Source: Actinomycetota bacterium
GTDB lineage: Bacteria > Actinomycetota > Thermoleophilia > Solirubrobacterales > 70-9
Assembly (NCBI GenBank): GCA_018268575.1
Contig: JAFDWF010000208.1
Location: forward strand, 1,540 to 65,539
Reading direction: 5' to 3'
DNA length: 64,000 nucleotides
This document shows positions 62,201-64,000 of this stretch, one piece after another. The notes under the pieces are model-generated. The model was given only the letters and a program-made list of their open reading frames with translations, made no database searches and was not told the origin of the DNA. Made by a program: the position numbers and the translations under genes. Positions within the stretch are counted from its first letter, which is position 1; the number at the start of each line of letters is the position of its first letter.

Positions 62201-62683
62201 CTAGGAATCGCCGCTGGCGAAGTCCTCGGGACTCACTTCGTCCAAGAAGTCTTTGAACTTGTCGACCACTTCCTCGGTGTCCTCAACCTCGTGCTCGAAC
62301 TCGATCGCCGACTCCTCGATCACCTCCTCGGCGGCGAAGATCGGCGCGGCGACGCGGACCGCGAGGGCGAGGGCATCGGAGGGGCGCGAGTCGATCTCGA
62401 TCTCCGAGCCGCCGACCGAGACCGTGATCGAGGCGTAGAAGGTGTTGTCGCGCAGTTCGGTGACCGCCACCCGCTCGCACTTCGCGTCCAGGTTCTCGAG
62501 CACGTCGGAGAGCAGATCGTGGGTCATCGGCCGCGGGGTCGAGGCGCCTTGCAGCTTCATCAGGATCGCCGCCGCCTCCGGGTGGCCGATCCAGATCGGC
62601 AGGAAGCGGTTGCCGTCGACGGTCTTCAGCAAGACGATCGGCTGCTTGCCGACCATGTCGAAGCTGACGCCGTAGATCTGCAT
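62201..62683 (-). CDS. Bifunctional nuclease family protein (DUF151)
   Basis: Trimmed to ATG 62683. Motifs are 'PIVLLKTVDGNRFLPIWIGHPEAAAI', 'RPMTHDLL' and 'IDSRPSDALALAVR'. Confidence 0.8.
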   Translation of the reverse strand: MQIYGVSFDMVGKQPIVLLKTVDGNRFLPIWIGHPEAAAILMKLQGASTPRPMTHDLLSDVLENLDAKCERVAVTELRDNTFYASITVSVGGSEIEIDSRPSDALALAVRVAAPIFAAEEVIEESAIEFEHEVEDTEEVVDKFKDFLDEVSPEDFASGDS

Positions 62684-62753
62684 CTGCTGCAAGAGGTTGC
62701 TCCCGCCGTACGTGGACCTGGGCCAAAAAGTGTACGGGGCGGGCCGGGAGGGC

Positions 62754-64000
62754 TCAGGGCGAGGACAGGTCGGGCTTCGACTTCGACTCGAGCGCGATGA
62801 AGTCGAAGTACCCGGCGACGTAGAGGTGGCGCCCGTCGGAGACGACCGGGGTGTAGCCGGAGGTCCCGATCGAGAAATCGCGCCGGTGGGTGCGGACGTT
62901 GATCCCGATCGACTTTTTGGTCGCGAAGCTGGAGGTGAAGACGGTGTCGCCGACGACGGTGGCGGTGCCGGGGACCGGGCCGCCCACCTCGTCGGCCCAC
63001 TCGACCTTGCCGGTGCGGGCGGCGAGCGCATAGAAGCGGCCGGTTTCGGAGCCGATGTAGACGGTCGGCGGCGTGCCCGGGACGCGCGCCACGGCGGGCG
63101 AGCCGTAGATCGCGCCGCCGGTCGGGTAGGACCAGTCGACCTTGCCGGTCTTCTGGTCGAAGGCGAACACCACGCCGTCGTCGCGGGCCGAGTAGACGTG
63201 GCCGAAGGCGATCGCCGGGGACGAGTAGAAGCCGCCCCTGCCGAACGGCGCCTGGGTGCTCGTGTTGGTCCGCCAGAGCACCCTGCCGGTGCGGGCGACG
63301 AGCGCGAACATCCCGCTCTGGTAGTCGGGGACGAAGAGGACGCCGCGGTCATAGGAGGGGCTGGCCTTGATCGGGGCAGGCGCGTCGAAGCGCCAGCGGA
63401 TGCGGCCGGTGGCGGTGTCGAGCGCCAGTAGCTGCGAGCTGTCGGTGCCGATGTAGAGCGTCCTGCCGACCACCAGGGGCGAGGACTCCAGGTGCGCGTG
63501 CAGGTCGCGCATCCAGACCACCTTGCCGGTGCGGGAGTCGAGCGAGATCAGGTAGCCGCCGAGGCCGGCGTAGTAGACGCGGCCCGCGTGGTACACGGGT
63601 CCGGTGACGTCGGTCGGGTTGCCGTGCTGGCGGGGGCGAGTGATGTGGTACCAGAGGGTCTTCTGGTCGCTGAGCCGGATCGCGGCGGTGTTGCCGAACT
63701 TGTTGACGATGTAGGCGACCCCGCCCGCGATCGCGGGTGGGAACTCGATCAGCGCGTGGGTGTCGATCGTCCAGGCGACCTTCAGCGGCGGATTGAGATC
63801 CCCCATCGGCAGCGGCAGGTAGTGGGTGCGCTGGGGGACCCGGCCGAAGAGCGGCCAGTTGGCCACATGGGTGTTGGCATCGGGGGACGGGCTGGGCGAG
63901 CGCGCCGGGTGGGTGGGCGCGGTCGCGGTCGTCGTCGACGAGCCGCCGGTGGCACCTCCCCCGCCCCCTCCGCCACAGCCGGCGAGCGCCAGCAGGAGGG
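62754..64000 (-). CDS. PQQ-like beta-propeller repeat lipoprotein (5' end beyond window)
   Basis: It has repeated 'G.vyag...G.l.ald..tGk..W' blades. The frame stays open to nt 64000 and reads ...LLLALAGCGGGGGG..., which is a lipobox. The true start is therefore outside the window, and the track start at 63866 is probably internal. Confidence 0.75.
   Translation of the reverse strand, partial: LLLALAGCGGGGGGGATGGSSTTTATAPTHPARSPSPSPDANTHVANWPLFGRVPQRTHYLPLPMGDLNPPLKVAWTIDTHALIEFPPAIAGGVAYIVNKFGNTAAIRLSDQKTLWYHITRPRQHGNPTDVTGPVYHAGRVYYAGLGGYLISLDSRTGKVVWMRDLHAHLESSPLVVGRTLYIGTDSSQLLALDTATGRIRWRFDAPAPIKASPSYDRGVLFVPDYQSGMFALVARTGRVLWRTNTSTQAPFGRGGFYSSPAIAFGHVYSARDDGVVFAFDQKTGKVDWSYPTGGAIYGSPAVARVPGTPPTVYIGSETGRFYALAARTGKVEWADEVGGPVPGTATVVGDTVFTSSFATKKSIGINVRTHRRDFSIGTSGYTPVVSDGRHLYVAGYFDFIALESKSKPDLSSP

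Overview
This is a 64-kb, very GC-rich (about 70% by eye), gene-dense chromosomal segment. I call about 60 protein genes and one tRNA. I saw no rRNA, CRISPR array, transposase or integrase.

Gene content suggests a high-GC Gram-positive (Actinomycetota): F420-dependent enzymes, mce and MMPL genes, a menaquinone/Tat cluster and a Bacillus-type split qcrABC. A deep lineage such as Thermoleophilia or Rubrobacteria is only a weak inference.

Layout:
- (i) 1-11.2 kb: a minus-strand operon for gamma-glutamylation-type amine or amino-alcohol catabolism (APC permease, GS-like ligase, PuuD-like hydrolase, aldehyde dehydrogenase, SDR, methyltransferase). It sits divergent from a choline/ethanolamine-kinase-like gene and a dimethylglycine/sarcosine-dehydrogenase-like gene, with a GntR regulator.
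- (ii) 11.3-18.9 kb: accessory genes. These are a divergent MFS/TetR pair, a repeat-containing coiled-coil protein, a DUF4337-like protein, two F420 enzymes, a GT1 glycosyltransferase, a low-GC DUF6883/DUF4926 pair and a DHFR-family protein.
- (iii) 18.9-34.5 kb: a cell-envelope block. It holds six translationally coupled mce genes with no yrbE permease genes, a 1104-aa MMPL transporter carrying an XXXLXXG heptad insert, and four of five paralogous secreted four-Cys proteins that I cannot assign to any family.
- (iv) 34.6-36 kb: tRNA-Lys(CTT) followed by a low-GC islet with a toxin-antitoxin-like pair.
- (v) 36-42 kb: tatA/tatC, polyprenyl synthase, ubiE/menG and qcrABC.
- (vi) 42-47.6 kb: the fifth paralog, then an FGE-like protein, a Cys-rich 7-blade beta-propeller and a Cys-type sulfatase.
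- (vii) 47.6-64 kb: a DUF559 protein, hemB - ahbAB-like - hemL, an ABC-2 transporter, ymdB, a GT-C glycosyltransferase, an AlkP-family protein, an aminotransferase, ddl, a bifunctional nuclease and a PQQ-propeller lipoprotein that runs off the window.

Most interesting non-genic signals:
- a 43-nt perfect palindrome sitting in frame inside the dehydrogenase gene (8717-8759);
- an 81-nt nested perfect inverted repeat in the hemB/ABC divergent intergenic region (52304-52384).

Many long ORFs in the track are high-GC antisense artefacts or carry spurious N-terminal extensions. I trimmed starts using stop/start overlaps (ATGA/GTGA/TTGA) and family N-termini. All family assignments come from motif recognition by eye, not from database searches.
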